A stretch of 35,742 bases of DNA from Craspedostauros australis (Eukaryota), in the NCBI GenBank assembly GCA_030167865.1, contig JALAGF010003077.1, positions 1 through 35,742 on the forward strand. The letters are read 5' to 3'. This document shows, piece after piece, positions 1 to 11,932 of the stretch (its first letter is position 1; every line of letters starts with the position of its first letter). Both the position numbers and the translations under genes were made by a program. The notes below the pieces were generated by a model that was not told the origin of the DNA, did not search any database, and saw only the letters and a list, made by a program, of their open reading frames with translations.

Positions 1-488
1 TCGAAATGTGTGACATCAGTAATTCCCGATTGTACGGGACTGAACCAAAATAGAGTACAGAAACAACAAATACCCCCCTACCGTAAACGTGGCAAGCGCA
101 TGATCGATCACTCCTGAGCGTTACAGGAGCACGTTACTTTTGGGACTACGGGGAATTTCGACACGCTCAAGAGATCTTGGATCCACCGTACGCCATTCTG
201 TGCGAACTGCATGTCGTCGTACTTGCATAGCGCCATACGACCTGCGTACTACCACACGTGCCCGCCATGCCGATACGCCACCACGCAAGGCCACCAACAA
301 TCGCAACACCAAATCACGGACTTCATTTGCGTCGCACAGCACAACACAACAACTCAACAACCGAGTACGCTCGAGTACATTCGAGTGGAACGAAGGCGGC
401 AAGGCGGCGACGAAGTGACGAAGCGTGGTGGCTTGCTTCCATTCTGTGCCCCGCCCAGTAGAGGACAGCAGAAGCAACAAGCAGCGCG

Positions 489-2995
489 ATGATCCGTGGA
501 AGGTCTCTATTGTGCGGGCCTTCGGGATGTGGCGTCCAGTTTCGGAGCGCAGCTTGGCGGAGGGCCCTCATGGTCGCCGAACGGCCAACTTTGAGACCTC
601 AGCAAGCTCCACGATACCAGCACCGACGAAGCATGGGCGTTTTCGGTGTTGACATCGGGAGCGACTGCGGTCGCCAGGTGCATCCAAGCATGCTCCCGTT
701 TCAATCGAATCACCTCCAAATGTCCCAAAGGCTGCTCAGCGTGAATGTGAAGGGATCAAAGAACCTATCGACTCGCCAACGCCGCATGAAAAGGATGAAG
801 AAGAGGGACATGGCGGAATCGAATCAGGCGCACATGCAGGCATCGGAAGCCAAGCCGTCTCAAAATCGTTTGGACCCAGCAGAACAATCCATCTTGAGAT
901 ACATCAAATCAATCGGCGTCGGCATCCCGGATAGACGGCGACGCAATCGTAATCGCAATCGTGGCAAGATCGACCGAGCCAGCGACAGAGGCAACGGGAA
1001 TGATAGTGGGGACGACGATGCTAGTCGGAATGCCAACAGCATCAATAACGGCAAAGGAAACAACAGCAGTCGCAAGCAAATGCAAATGCAACGACATGCA
1101 AAGAGCGCAAGAGGTGAACAAAGAGAAGGTGGTCCTCATCAGCTCATGGAGAAGAAGGATGAGATGGAATTCTTTCAGGACACGCTGGGCAAAAGGAGAC
1201 CCGTTGCGAATAATGCAAGGCAGCGATCGAGACCCGAAACATCGACGAGGCAGCCAACTCTGCACCAAGCCCCTCCTCCTTTCGGGACTGGGGTCTTCCG
1301 GGCCGCAGGAGTCGACGACAACGGGCCACAGCCAAGCAACGCGAAAACAACATCAGGCTACCGGGACAAGACGAGCTTCAGAGATCAAGGAGCGACTGCG
1401 TCCGCTTCAGACGCCCCCATCTCAGAGCTCTATTTCGAAAAAGAACCTGTTCGAATTCTGGGCACGGTTGGTTCGGCTGCTGACGCATTTCCAAGAGGTT
1501 CAAAGGGATTATCAGAAGTTGTAAGTTCGAAACGACCCGGTTGCCGCTGCCGGTACTACTGCCTGCTGCTGTGAGCCTGGGGAGAGTAGAGTTGAGCAGA
1601 GCAGTCCCGACACACTGTGATGCGATGCGATGTTCAATGTACGAGAAAAGCAGAGACCTCCGTGGGATGGAGCACGCTGCTCTTCGTTGTTGTGCAATTA
1701 CGAGCGCAAACCACCATGAGCGAAGAACCTGGCACTGTCCATTTCGAATTGCTCTGGCTTAGACCCATTGCCCTTTGTAATTTATCTGAATCCTCCCTAA
1801 CTTCTCTGTGGTGCTCGCGCGCCGTTGCTCGAATCCTGCACTCTACGCCGAATGCCGTGTGACAGGCCATTGCTGGAAGATCCAACGTGGGAAAATCTAC
1901 ACTTTTAAACATCTTGCTGTACGGCGACGAAATCCATGCCGCGTCCATACGCCAAATGAAAAGCGGCAAGGCACGGGGGCGTGGTAGGTCAACACAGACT
2001 GCGAAGCTCCCGCGAGGTGCCAAAGCCTTGACGTCTTCAAAGCCTGGTGAAACCCGTAGTTTGACCTTCTATCAACTCACTGCCATCGTCTCCAAAGGAG
2101 ACAACCAACCAGGGCAGGACACGTCCGTAGGAACATCCAAAGACAAGCGGAGGTCGAAAATGTCGCTACTCCTGGTGGATTTGCCAGGTTATGGCTTTGC
2201 TTATGCCAACGAAGCGGTTGCCAAGGATTGGCAAGCATTGATGGAGCATTATATCCTCTACAGAGGACGCGCGCTCAAACGGGTGCTGTTGCTGATCGAT
2301 TCGCGACATGGCATGAAAAAGGCAGATTTTGACTTCCTTGCGCTCTTGCAGAAGGGATTGCATGACCGCCACGAGGAAGCACCGATGGGAAATGGGCGTG
2401 CCTTCCCCCATGAATCGCATGCAGACAAACAGGTGAGTCGTTGCAATGGGCTGCATTGGTACCGGCGCCGGTGCACGTGTTAGTCTTGTTCATTGGGTGA
2501 GATGGGATGGAATGGAATGGGCGTGGCATTTCATTATCCTTACAAGCTATTGTATGTACATGCTTCATTGCTTCCCCACGCTGTCCTTCTATGTGCCTCG
2601 GGCGCTCTTCATCTTCTTCCATATTCCAAACAACGATATTTCCAATCTAACACATGCACACATATGGCTTGATGACGCAAAAAAAAAAATCAATCAAACA
2701 CGAACGACCATGTTGTGGGTATTGGTTGGCAATCGGTAACACCTCTGTGCGGATGTGTCCGAAGCGCAAGGTGAAGTCAGAATTGCCACCGATTCAAATC
2801 GTTCTAACGAAATGTGATCTGGTCGACCAGGTGGCGTTGGCGCGTCGAGTGACGGCAATTCAGAAAGACCTCTCTGACGCGCTGATACGTGAACCAAGCG
2901 CGTTGCCCATCATGTTTGTTAGCGCGAGAGCACCAGGGCAGCCAGGACTATTGGAGCTCCAACGTGAGCTTGCCACATTAGCCCGGCGTGCATAA
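489..2995 (+). CDS. engB: EngB/YihA/YsxC family ribosome-biogenesis GTPase with long N-terminal extension; exons 489-1520, 1866-2432, ~2771-2995
   Basis: Splicing at GTAAGT (1521) to CAG (1865) joins ...GLSEV to AIAGRSNVGKSTLLN (G1). Downstream motifs are SKPGETR (G2), LVDLPGYGFA (G3), LLIDSRHG, and after the GTGAGT donor at 2433, VLTKCDLV (G4) and VSAR (G5). Both introns are phase 0. The last acceptor could be the AG ending at 2764 or at 2770. The start codon is uncertain. Confidence 0.9.
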
Positions 2996-3442
2996 ACACT
3001 CGGAGGTAGAGAAGAGAAGAGTATGGGCATGATCGAGTGGCACAGCGCTCTACTCTGCTTCATAGTACTATCAATAGAGTGCGAATACTCGGGCGCGTCC
3101 TGCCAATGCAGTATCGAGGGATGTGGGATGAAAGAGACAACGTGCACAGTGATACGATTGCCCATCATGAAAAGAGAATGAACCTACATCTGGAATGCGC
3201 ATGCGGCCACGCCCAGAGGTGTCACAGCACTCCTGTCCTTTGCCACATCCGACACACAGTGGTCCAGTCGTCCTGCTACCACCTCGGGGATTCCATGGTA
3301 CTCGCACACTGTCGATCTCACGGCAAGCTTGTACTCGTGCGGATACTCGCACAAATGCGAGTACTCTATCACATCCTTGGAGGATGTCGCAGATTCGATC
3401 TCCTTGCATGGTGAGGATACGGAGGTCACACCATTCTGCCTC

Positions 3443-3564
3443 GAGAGAAAGAGAGAGAGAGAGCATCGCTGGAAGTATACCACCAACATGAGCCACAAAG
3501 GACGACCATGCAAGAGCGCAGGGAAACGCGTCTCTCCACACACACAGAGAGAGAGAGAGAGAGA
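3443..3564 (+). repeat. Two (AG)n microsatellites (3443-3463, 3546-3564)
   Basis: Read directly from the sequence. Confidence 0.85.
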
Positions 3565-3882
3565 ACAACAAATGCAGGGCCTACCATGCGACTACAGACT
3601 AGAACAGTAGTATACAAGCATGCCGGTACTGGGGAGAAGTGGGTATGAGCGAGGTCTCGGGAGTACAACTGAGGTGGGGTAGTCGCAACACGCGTGGGTC
3701 ACAAGCAAGTATTGCGTAGTTGCTGTGCGGGTACTGTCCTCCGGAGGAGCTCATAGTAGGTACTATTATCTTCCATGATGTATCTGCGATCGTGATTTTT
3801 GGAGACAGAGTACAGAGAAGAAACTTCATGCTCTTCGCGGATGACATGCATGCGGCATGAATGTACGAGCTATGTAGTAGTG

Positions 3883-3902
3883 CCGTACCGTACCGTACCG
3901 TA
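3883..3902 (+). repeat. (CCGTA)4 microsatellite
   Basis: Read directly from the sequence. Confidence 0.85.
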
Positions 3903-5700
3903 CGAGTACAGCAGCTCTTGCTCAACGACCTGTGCCGACGAGCCATGACTGGGGTCATGTGGTTGTGTGTGACCTCGACCACCTCGGTGGCAACAGCCAT
4001 CGAACGGAATTCAGATCACGTTTTTCGCGGGAATAAGACTTTCGATCATCCATCCAATCCGCATGTGTGTCGAAACGATGATCTGATCATCGCCATCGCC
4101 ATCATCATCGCCACGGTTCTTTGTCTTGGTTCCACACAAGACAGAGAGAGCGAAGGAGAGAGGCGAATTCTGCTTTGGCGACGATGGCGAAGGCAACGGT
4201 GAAGATTATGGAAACGATAGAAATGAAATGAGCCTCCGAAAGGCACGAAATGTGACGGCACCGGCTCAACAACTCCCTTCAGCTTGTGCGGTTTGCGTTG
4301 TGGATTGGTCATCGGATGCATCCATCGAGGATTCTTCGGATGGGAAGGTGGAATCGGGAGACAGTCGGGGAAAGAACGGTGGTTGTATTCGGACCGTTTG
4401 CGGGTGTTGTTGGATGGAGACGCGATGGGGCGGGACTTGTAAGTAACTTAACGGCATGAGTCAACTTAACCGTCTGTACGTTATAATACATGTGCTTTAT
4501 AATCACGCCGCCCATGTTGCTGTTAGTCGTGTGCCAACGTGAGGGGAGTCGTCCCCACTTCCATAAGTAAGAAGCGCGACACACGTCAGGATACGACAAG
4601 AAGACGCTTCAGAATCCGGGACCTGCCCTTCCGTGATTTGAATGGTCTTCCTCAAGCACGAATAGTACCATTTGGATCGTTCCAGAGGTGGCAAGCCCAT
4701 GGGACTGCTTGCGAGGAAAGGTGCTCACAAGACACATCTCCTGCAAGTGGATTTCGAAATGGATGCCAAGAGTCTTCCGAAAGAGCATCCAAGAGCCACC
4801 ACCAGAACAGCCACAACGACATAAACTCCACCGAGGATGGTCTTGCCCAACCCACCAACCGTCACAACACAACGAGAGCAACAGGGAATGGCATTCTCGA
4901 CATCACCAAATCATCGACAGGGATCATAGTAACCATAAACCAGAAGAGCAAGACCACCAACAGACGCAGAATCTGGACGACGACGATCGCGAAGCGACAC
5001 GAATCCGCATCGCAAGAGAGGCAGAACGACGACCCATCACGACATCGCAACGAAACATTAGCAGAGCGACCTTCGCGGAACATCAGCGACCGGCGGAGAC
5101 GAGCCATCACATTGCGGGTACGGATACGACCACGAGCACCGAGCTATACCTTACCAAAGCGCGACGGAGCACAACTCGTGTTGGACCAAAGAACGCTCGC
5201 CTGGGCTGTGCCGACACCGATAGAGAGCACCGTACACAGAACCGAAACCACTCCACGCTGCTGCAACCCACCCAGCAGGTCGTGTCAGACAGACGGACAG
5301 AATCGCAAAGCCACCGCAGAAGCTGATCGTGCCAGCAGTATACTCTCAAGCGAGGTCCAACCCAAGGAATAGATCTCGTTGGACGCACAAGCATCCGACT
5401 CTGCAAACGCCTCGCAGACTTACCTACGAGAAGACATTCTTGTCTCGAGTAGCACTGTCTTCCGCAGCCGACTTGCCGGCAGGTAGATTTGGCGCTCACA
5501 GTCCGTGCTGAATCGAATCAGACACACGAGGCTGATCACCGCCGAACAAGGTACCATACGAGCCACAGAAGCACCAACGCACCAACGCACCGTCGCTGGG
5601 AAACAGCAGGCAGCGACCACCGTGAACCAGGCTCTGGCGACGACACTAGGAGTTGCGGATACTGCAAAACCGAAACAACAGCAGAGTTGGAGTGATTGTG

Positions 5701-8700
5701 ATGGTATCATCGATCCCCGCGCAGACACAGCCACTGTCTCCGCCAGCGCTGCATCACAACAGAGACGGCCCCTGGCATCACGACAGCAATCAACGAGTGC
5801 CACCCCCATCCGCCCCGATGCCGTATTCTCGCGAGATGGACTTATTCTACAGGCGAGGTCATCCAAGCGAAGACAGCTCTGAACACGCACCGCCTCCATT
5901 CCCAACACCTCACCACCAACAGCAGCATCAACAGCACCTGCAGCAGCAACACCAACAGCAACAACAACAGCAGCAACAACAACAGACTCCTCCACCTCGC
6001 TTTAGTCCGTACAGTGCACCTCATGGCGGTCCGGCGCCCTACAATTACAATGGAAATCCCCAACATCAGCACCACAATCAGCAACACCAGCAGTATCAGC
6101 ACCAAAACCAGTATCAACACCAAAATCAACATCAGCACCACTATCAGCACCAAAAGGCCTCGCCATATCCCATCCAAGCCACGGATAGCTGGTACGAGCA
6201 ACAGCCAGCGCCGCAGATGAATGCTGGTGGGCCTGCGGGAGGCCCACAAGGTCCTTGGAAAGGCTCAGCCCAAACGCCACCGCGACATTACGCTCCGTAC
6301 CGTGGCGAACAACAGCACGAGCATTCGCCGAGGCCGTACCTCCCACGGAATGAAGATCTCAAAGTGCCGATGCCCGCTCCGCAGCACCCTCATCGCCCTT
6401 CCTCCAACATGACAGACCACCAACCGCGCATGCTGAAGGAAGAAAGCCTCGAAGCGATGCAACGGCGGTCACCTTATCACTCCCCCTACCGGAATGGTCC
6501 CCACCAGCCACTCGATGGCGAGTCGGCGTCTGTTCCCATGCTGTCGCCTACCACGCCATCCTTGCGCAAGGAAGGAGCCGCGCATCCTCCTGTGATGAGA
6601 GTCGGTGATAGCGGCCATCCGCTGGGAACTCGGAGCGTGGAAAGAGCCGCCATGATGGAGACGCCGAAGCACAAGAACAGCAATGATAAGAGCAATGGTG
6701 AAGGAGATCCTCTCAGTGTCCTAGCTGACGTATCCGCAGATATCACCAAGAAGGATTCCAAAGATCAAGCAGACCGAGAGATTGATTCAAACAACGGGAA
6801 CCCGAGAGCAGATTCAACGACTTACGAGCCTGGGAACAACAGAGGGGACATCGACGCTGGCGCTGGAAGTCCTGGACCAGCTTCAGGGAGAGGCTCGAAG
6901 CACGGTGATGGTCCAGCACCCGAAGACCGCACTGCATCTGGGAGGATGGGACGCCAGTCGCACACAATGCACCATGGTGATAGCACGCAGGAGGGCGTCG
7001 GCGCGCTCGCCGCGACTTTGTCGGCTGAAAGTTCTGGTAAGCATGTCGCGCCAGGTCCGACACCGACGTCGCCCCTTGTGGTCCCAAGGCCGAGATCTCA
7101 TTCATTGCGCTCGCCTCCGCATACAATCCACCAGACAACAACCCCGCCCCAAGACAACCGAAATGACCGTGTCCAGATCACTCCGAATAGCACAACCAAC
7201 GGTCATCCCGCAGGATTAGGTGCGCAAGGCTCGCACTTCAAGCGCCAGCCTTCGTATCCAGACCCGCCCTTCCAAGGACGTTGGCGCGCACAATCTGAGG
7301 GTCTGTCGTACTGGGAGCAGCGACAATACGACTCATCACCGCAACCCAGACGCCATCCATTCCATGGCAATGAACAGCACGAGATGGGCCGAGGGAATGC
7401 ACCAGCGCTGGTGGAACGGGGCAGCTTCGATGGGTCGGTGGCTGACGGGATGGGCAATCCGCCACCAGATTCTCCCCGCCCTCGCCTCCATCCATACCCG
7501 CACCAACACCCACACCCGCATTTAAATGCGTATGGAGCACGAGCCGATTTGCAACATGCCCAGCACCCGCACCACTCTCATCATCAGCAGCAGCCACACG
7601 GTCAGCAGCCCCCTCCTTTCCGGGACGCTCACTTCCTCCACACACCCAAGCCACCTGGACGATATGCTCCGCCGCCTCATCTCCGAGACGAGCCCACACC
7701 GCACCCTTCGCAATATCCACAAGAAGCCGCTGCAGAGGGACATCAGCCGCCTGCATATGGTTACCGTTGGGTTGACGGGCATGGCATGTCGAACGCGTCG
7801 CATGCAACGCAAACGCCGAATGGTGGCGGCCTGGATGGTCCGTGGCAGGGGAGGCCAACGAACCATTCGTTCGAGGATCGTCCCAATCGTTACGATTCTC
7901 CTTATCACGAGCACGAGGGCGCATACGGCTTGAGCCCTCCGCACCATCCTGCCAACCCGCACGCGCATATGCAAGCACACCCACACATGCACGCACACGA
8001 TCGGGGCCCACCGATGAGCATGCCACCGATGGGGATGCACGGATATCCAGGCCATCCCTTGCCACCGCCGTACTTGCCACCGCACCAAGTCCATCCTGGA
8101 CCATACCCATTCGTGCAACAACCAAGCATGGAGGAAAAGACAATCCTGCGGAAGAAATTCTCCTGGAAGCATTATCCTCCGGTAAGTCCAATCACTTGTT
8201 TCGCATCCGCATCATACCTGCGAGCACGTGGCCGTGCGTCACATGCACGAACTAGAAAACCGCCGTGCCATCTCAGTCCATTGCGTGCTTGCTACGGGCG
8301 AATGCAGCCTGTGGTAAAGGAGATGCCCTTGATCGTTCAGAAGTACCCATCTTCACGCTGTCTTCACTCAAAGCACAATGCCTTCTTTCCCATGACCTTT
8401 CACGTTTCTGTTTGACTATTATCTTTGAATTCAAACAGCTGGAGCGCTTCCTGATCGCGAATCGGGAAGATTACCTGAAGCATTCACAGATGAACTACAC
8501 CGCAGAGCAAAAGCAGTACAACAATTGGCTCACTGAACGCCTGTTGGAAGTCGCCTCACAGCACAACTACGAATTCGACCCGGACAGCTTCAACTTTGTT
8601 GCGATCCGAGACAGAATCCGTTGCTACTACAAGAGCTACGTCCAAACCGCTCGCAAACGCGGGCTTAGAGTTCTCCCAAGCAAGCAAAAGGCGAAGTCTT

Positions 8701-8702
8701 GA
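5701..8702 (+). CDS. Q/H/P-rich disordered protein with a conserved ~85-aa C-terminal helical domain (putative transcription regulator); exons ~5701(or 5818)-8181, 8439-8702
   Basis: Long low-complexity ORF. The GTAAGT donor at 8182 and CAG acceptor at 8438 join RKKFSWKHYPP to LERFLIANREDYLKHSQMNYTAEQKQYNNWLTERLL...IRDRIRCYYKSYVQTARKRG in frame. The first in-frame ATG is 5701. The 5' end is uncertain. Confidence 0.85.
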
Positions 8703-9489
8703 TTCCAAGGTGTGGAATCTTCGGTCGGCCGCGTGTACCAACGTCGTCGCGTTTTAGAGGAAACTGCGAACATCAACTCCACGCTTGCGCATGGTCCGCT
8801 GGGTTCCACTCATCGCCCCCAAAGCACTCGCCAACGAACGTAAAACCATGCTATGCCATGCCACACAAGTCAACGGGGAATTTGATTTGGTTTCTGGCAG
8901 TGGTACCTTATCCGTACTCATCTCATTACCCGTATGGTATGCACTATACCATACCTACTACTCGTACACCCACGATAAACGCATGATATTTACAAAAGAG
9001 TAGGTCGTACCACACTCCGCCATGCTCCAGTGCCAGAGTTGTATCCTCATGTTATGCAATCCCACCAGCAGCACAAGTCTGGTCGACATTATCAATTCGC
9101 GGGGTGAGCAATTCTCGCCATCCTATGGTGCCTGGGGGCTTCTATGCGCTTGGAGAATTCCATTACCATCCAGAGCCGAAATCTGTTACTCCTCTGCGGG
9201 CGCGTAGCTCTCTACATGTATGCGTATGTGATATGATTGCGGAGCCGTTTGCCTGTGCCTGTGCCTGTGATTATGTTTAAGTTTGCGTTTGTGCGTATTG
9301 CATGCATTCGCATGTTCTAGTTTGAATGCGGAAGGATGGAAGAGCCCACTGTACCCGTCTGAGAATGCCGATCAGCCTTGGACGAAATGTGCAATTCCGT
9401 ACAGATTCTCTGTCATGCTAGTACGTTCATGTATCACGCGGGCGGCCTGATCGAGGGAATGCGACGGATAGCTGGAGAACGAACGTCGC

Positions 9490-10563
9490 TCAGTCCTGAC
9501 GGGTCAACGTCCGCAGCCGAGACCACGCGTCTCCACGATCGTACATGGAATCCAGGACAGCCTTTGCTGGCACTTCCACCGACACCCAGGCATCACCATC
9601 GCTAGCAACGTCGCACAGCATGTTCTCGAGCTCCTGCTCCGTGAATTCGACGTAGTTGAAGAAGAATTTGAAGTCTTCTGGGTCACAACCGTCCCGCTTT
9701 GCGCTTGCATACGCCTCTCCTTGTTCGTCGAACAGGGTTGCAAAACCACCCTGGTATATCCCGCTTGTGCCGATCATCTCAGAACCACAACGATTAGCCA
9801 AGCTTTCGTTGCAATGGAACATGGCCACGGAGGCGTCATCTCCTGTTCGGCCACCCCGAAATACGAGATTTTCCATGATGGCGTCGGCTCCTTGATCGGC
9901 CTGAGGATCCGATGTTGCACCCGGTGCGTCGGTGGCCGACGGAGGACCCTGCCGAGCCTCGTCGATCATCTCGCGGACCGTGAATGGCGTGGGGTGGTCC
10001 AAGATGACACCTCGGATTACGTAGACGTCGTGATCATCATGGCCCATGGCGTAGATGAAGACGGCCGATCGTCTCAAGAAGTGGTCGTACTCCTCTTTTG
10101 GTGACAGCAGGACGACTCCTGGGCGCACGATGGCATCCGCACCGCGTCCTAGGAATCGAAGATTCGACGACACCGACGACGACGCGAAGGATGACGACAA
10201 TGCGGCAGCCATGGCAGAGGACGCTTGTGGCTGGTCGCCGGCATCAGCATCAGCGTCACCATCATTAGCTGCGACCATCCAACAGGAAGTCGGATGCTGC
10301 GGACGTTGGGCGGCTTGATGAAGGCCAGGCCAGACTTGGGCTTGAGCATTGGCACTCGTGCGCTGGCGACAGCCCCTGTGCTTGTGCTGGCGGATCGGGG
10401 ACAGCGCGTTCGACGTTCCCATCAAGGAGATCATCAGGCAGATGACAAGCGGGACCAAGGTGCGCAGCGTGCCCTTCCCAGCGTGCGCTCCATCGTTGTG
10501 ATGAACGCAATGGCCTTCATTGGCCGCTGCTGCCGCCGGCAGCCCACCGGTTTGATAGATCAT
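9490..10563 (-). CDS. YqgE/AlgH (DUF179)-like protein with N-terminal hydrophobic signal, probably plastid-targeted
   Basis: PGVVLLS...HFLRRSAVFIY...RGVILDHPT...VFRGG...IYQGG...FKFFFNYVEF...W matches the DUF179 pattern. The hydrophobic LVPLVICLMISLMGTSNA-LSP segment is followed by an R/S/A-rich stretch. Confidence 0.75.
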   Translation of the reverse strand: MIYQTGGLPAAAAANEGHCVHHNDGAHAGKGTLRTLVPLVICLMISLMGTSNALSPIRQHKHRGCRQRTSANAQAQVWPGLHQAAQRPQHPTSCWMVAANDGDADADAGDQPQASSAMAAALSSSFASSSVSSNLRFLGRGADAIVRPGVVLLSPKEEYDHFLRRSAVFIYAMGHDDHDVYVIRGVILDHPTPFTVREMIDEARQGPPSATDAPGATSDPQADQGADAIMENLVFRGGRTGDDASVAMFHCNESLANRCGSEMIGTSGIYQGGFATLFDEQGEAYASAKRDGCDPEDFKFFFNYVEFTEQELENMLCDVASDGDAWVSVEVPAKAVLDSMYDRGDAWSRLRTLTRQD

Positions 10564-11222
10564 GGCTTCGTCCGTCGTCTTCTCAGGGAGAGTATCGGTG
10601 CTGGTTGCATGGGGTGCCTTCGTGCTGAACAGGGTGGTTGGAATGTTCGACCAAGTGCAGACTTATGATGTCATGTGCATCCGATCGGATTCGATCCGAT
10701 CCGACAATGCGACAGAGTAGTCGTACGAGGAGATTGATGGAGTCTCAACTATCGTATGGTACTACTATGACGAGTATGAGTGTGCGAGTGTGCGAGTGCG
10801 CAAGTGGGCAGTGCATGGTTGTGCAGGTTTGGGCGGATGATCGTGGAGGTGTGAAGGCCTGAATCGATGTTTGGATGGATCCATCACGCGTTTGGAGGTT
10901 CATTCCGCTTCTCGGGTTCTCGTTCTCTTGTGGTCTTGTTCGAGTTTTTCCACGATTGACTGGTGGCTGAATCACGGAATGTGACGGCGGACTTCGTTTG
11001 ACGCGTGGGGAAGACGACATCTCAGAACATCGCGATTTTGGGGCGGTTTGTTCTTTTTCGTTGAAGCGAAGAAGCCGCATCAGAGAGAGAAAACAAAGAG
11101 ACGGACAAAGCGAGAGCGAACGAGCAGAGAGCACGACGATTGATCGCGAGGACGGTGCAGAGCGAAACAGAATTTAAACATACCACAAGACAAGAGAGGT
11201 TTGTGATTGCGGTTCAACTCCC

Positions 11223-11244
11223 AGAGAGAGAGAGAGAGAGAGAG
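11223..11244 (+). repeat. (AG)11 microsatellite upstream of the RING gene
   Basis: Read directly from the sequence. Confidence 0.9.
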
Positions 11245-11932
11245 CGAGAGGACTCGCAAGGTGGAGCACTTTGTTGGTAAGCAAGCAAACAAGGGAGAAC
11301 TGAACAAACAAAGAAGAAAGACAGGGCGCAAACCAAACCAAGAGCAAAACCAAAGGAGAAGTAACCAGCAAAAGTCGGAGAGGGAGAAGACGCTCTTCCT
11401 TGTGTGGACCATCAGCCAACGGTCACAGACGCAACAACTCCGGAGCTCTCTTGGGGCAAAACCGAAAGCGGAATCGCCATTCAAACCTGTTGGGACAGTG
11501 CAAACGAGGGGAAAGCCGCTCCCGCACATCTGCTCACCGCGAGAATTTCTTGTTCGACGTGTTGCGGAAATTCCACACGACCAAGACACCCTCCACGACA
11601 CCCTTCGCACAGACACGCGCACGAGCTCTGGGCCATCACCTTGCGATCTACTTGACCTATCAATAGGTTGCGGTCCGACGACCACGACTGCTCGTCCCGC
11701 AAGGGCACAAGCCTTCCACACGAACCAAACCAAACGAAGCGAAGGAAGACAAAGCATCGCCGCTGACAGAGAAACTCACAGCATCACAGTCCAAACATTA
11801 CAGCATTCCAACCAGCCAACCAACTAGCCACCCACGCACATACACATACACAACCACACACATACACACACGTATTTGCACAGACCACAACTCTTCCCAC
11901 AGATAACACAAACACGGCACGACACGATAGGT

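Noticed and set aside
7238-8191. 317-aa and 216-aa minus-strand ORFs
   Set aside because: They are antisense to the low-complexity coding exon and show no protein-like features.
8182-8415. C-terminal tail of the 920-aa ORF
   Set aside because: It is intron sequence following a canonical GTAAGT donor.
11080-11827. Overlapping 225-aa (-) and 206-aa (+) ORFs
   Set aside because: They have non-ATG starts and are built on an AG microsatellite and a purine-rich leader between divergent genes, with no domain.
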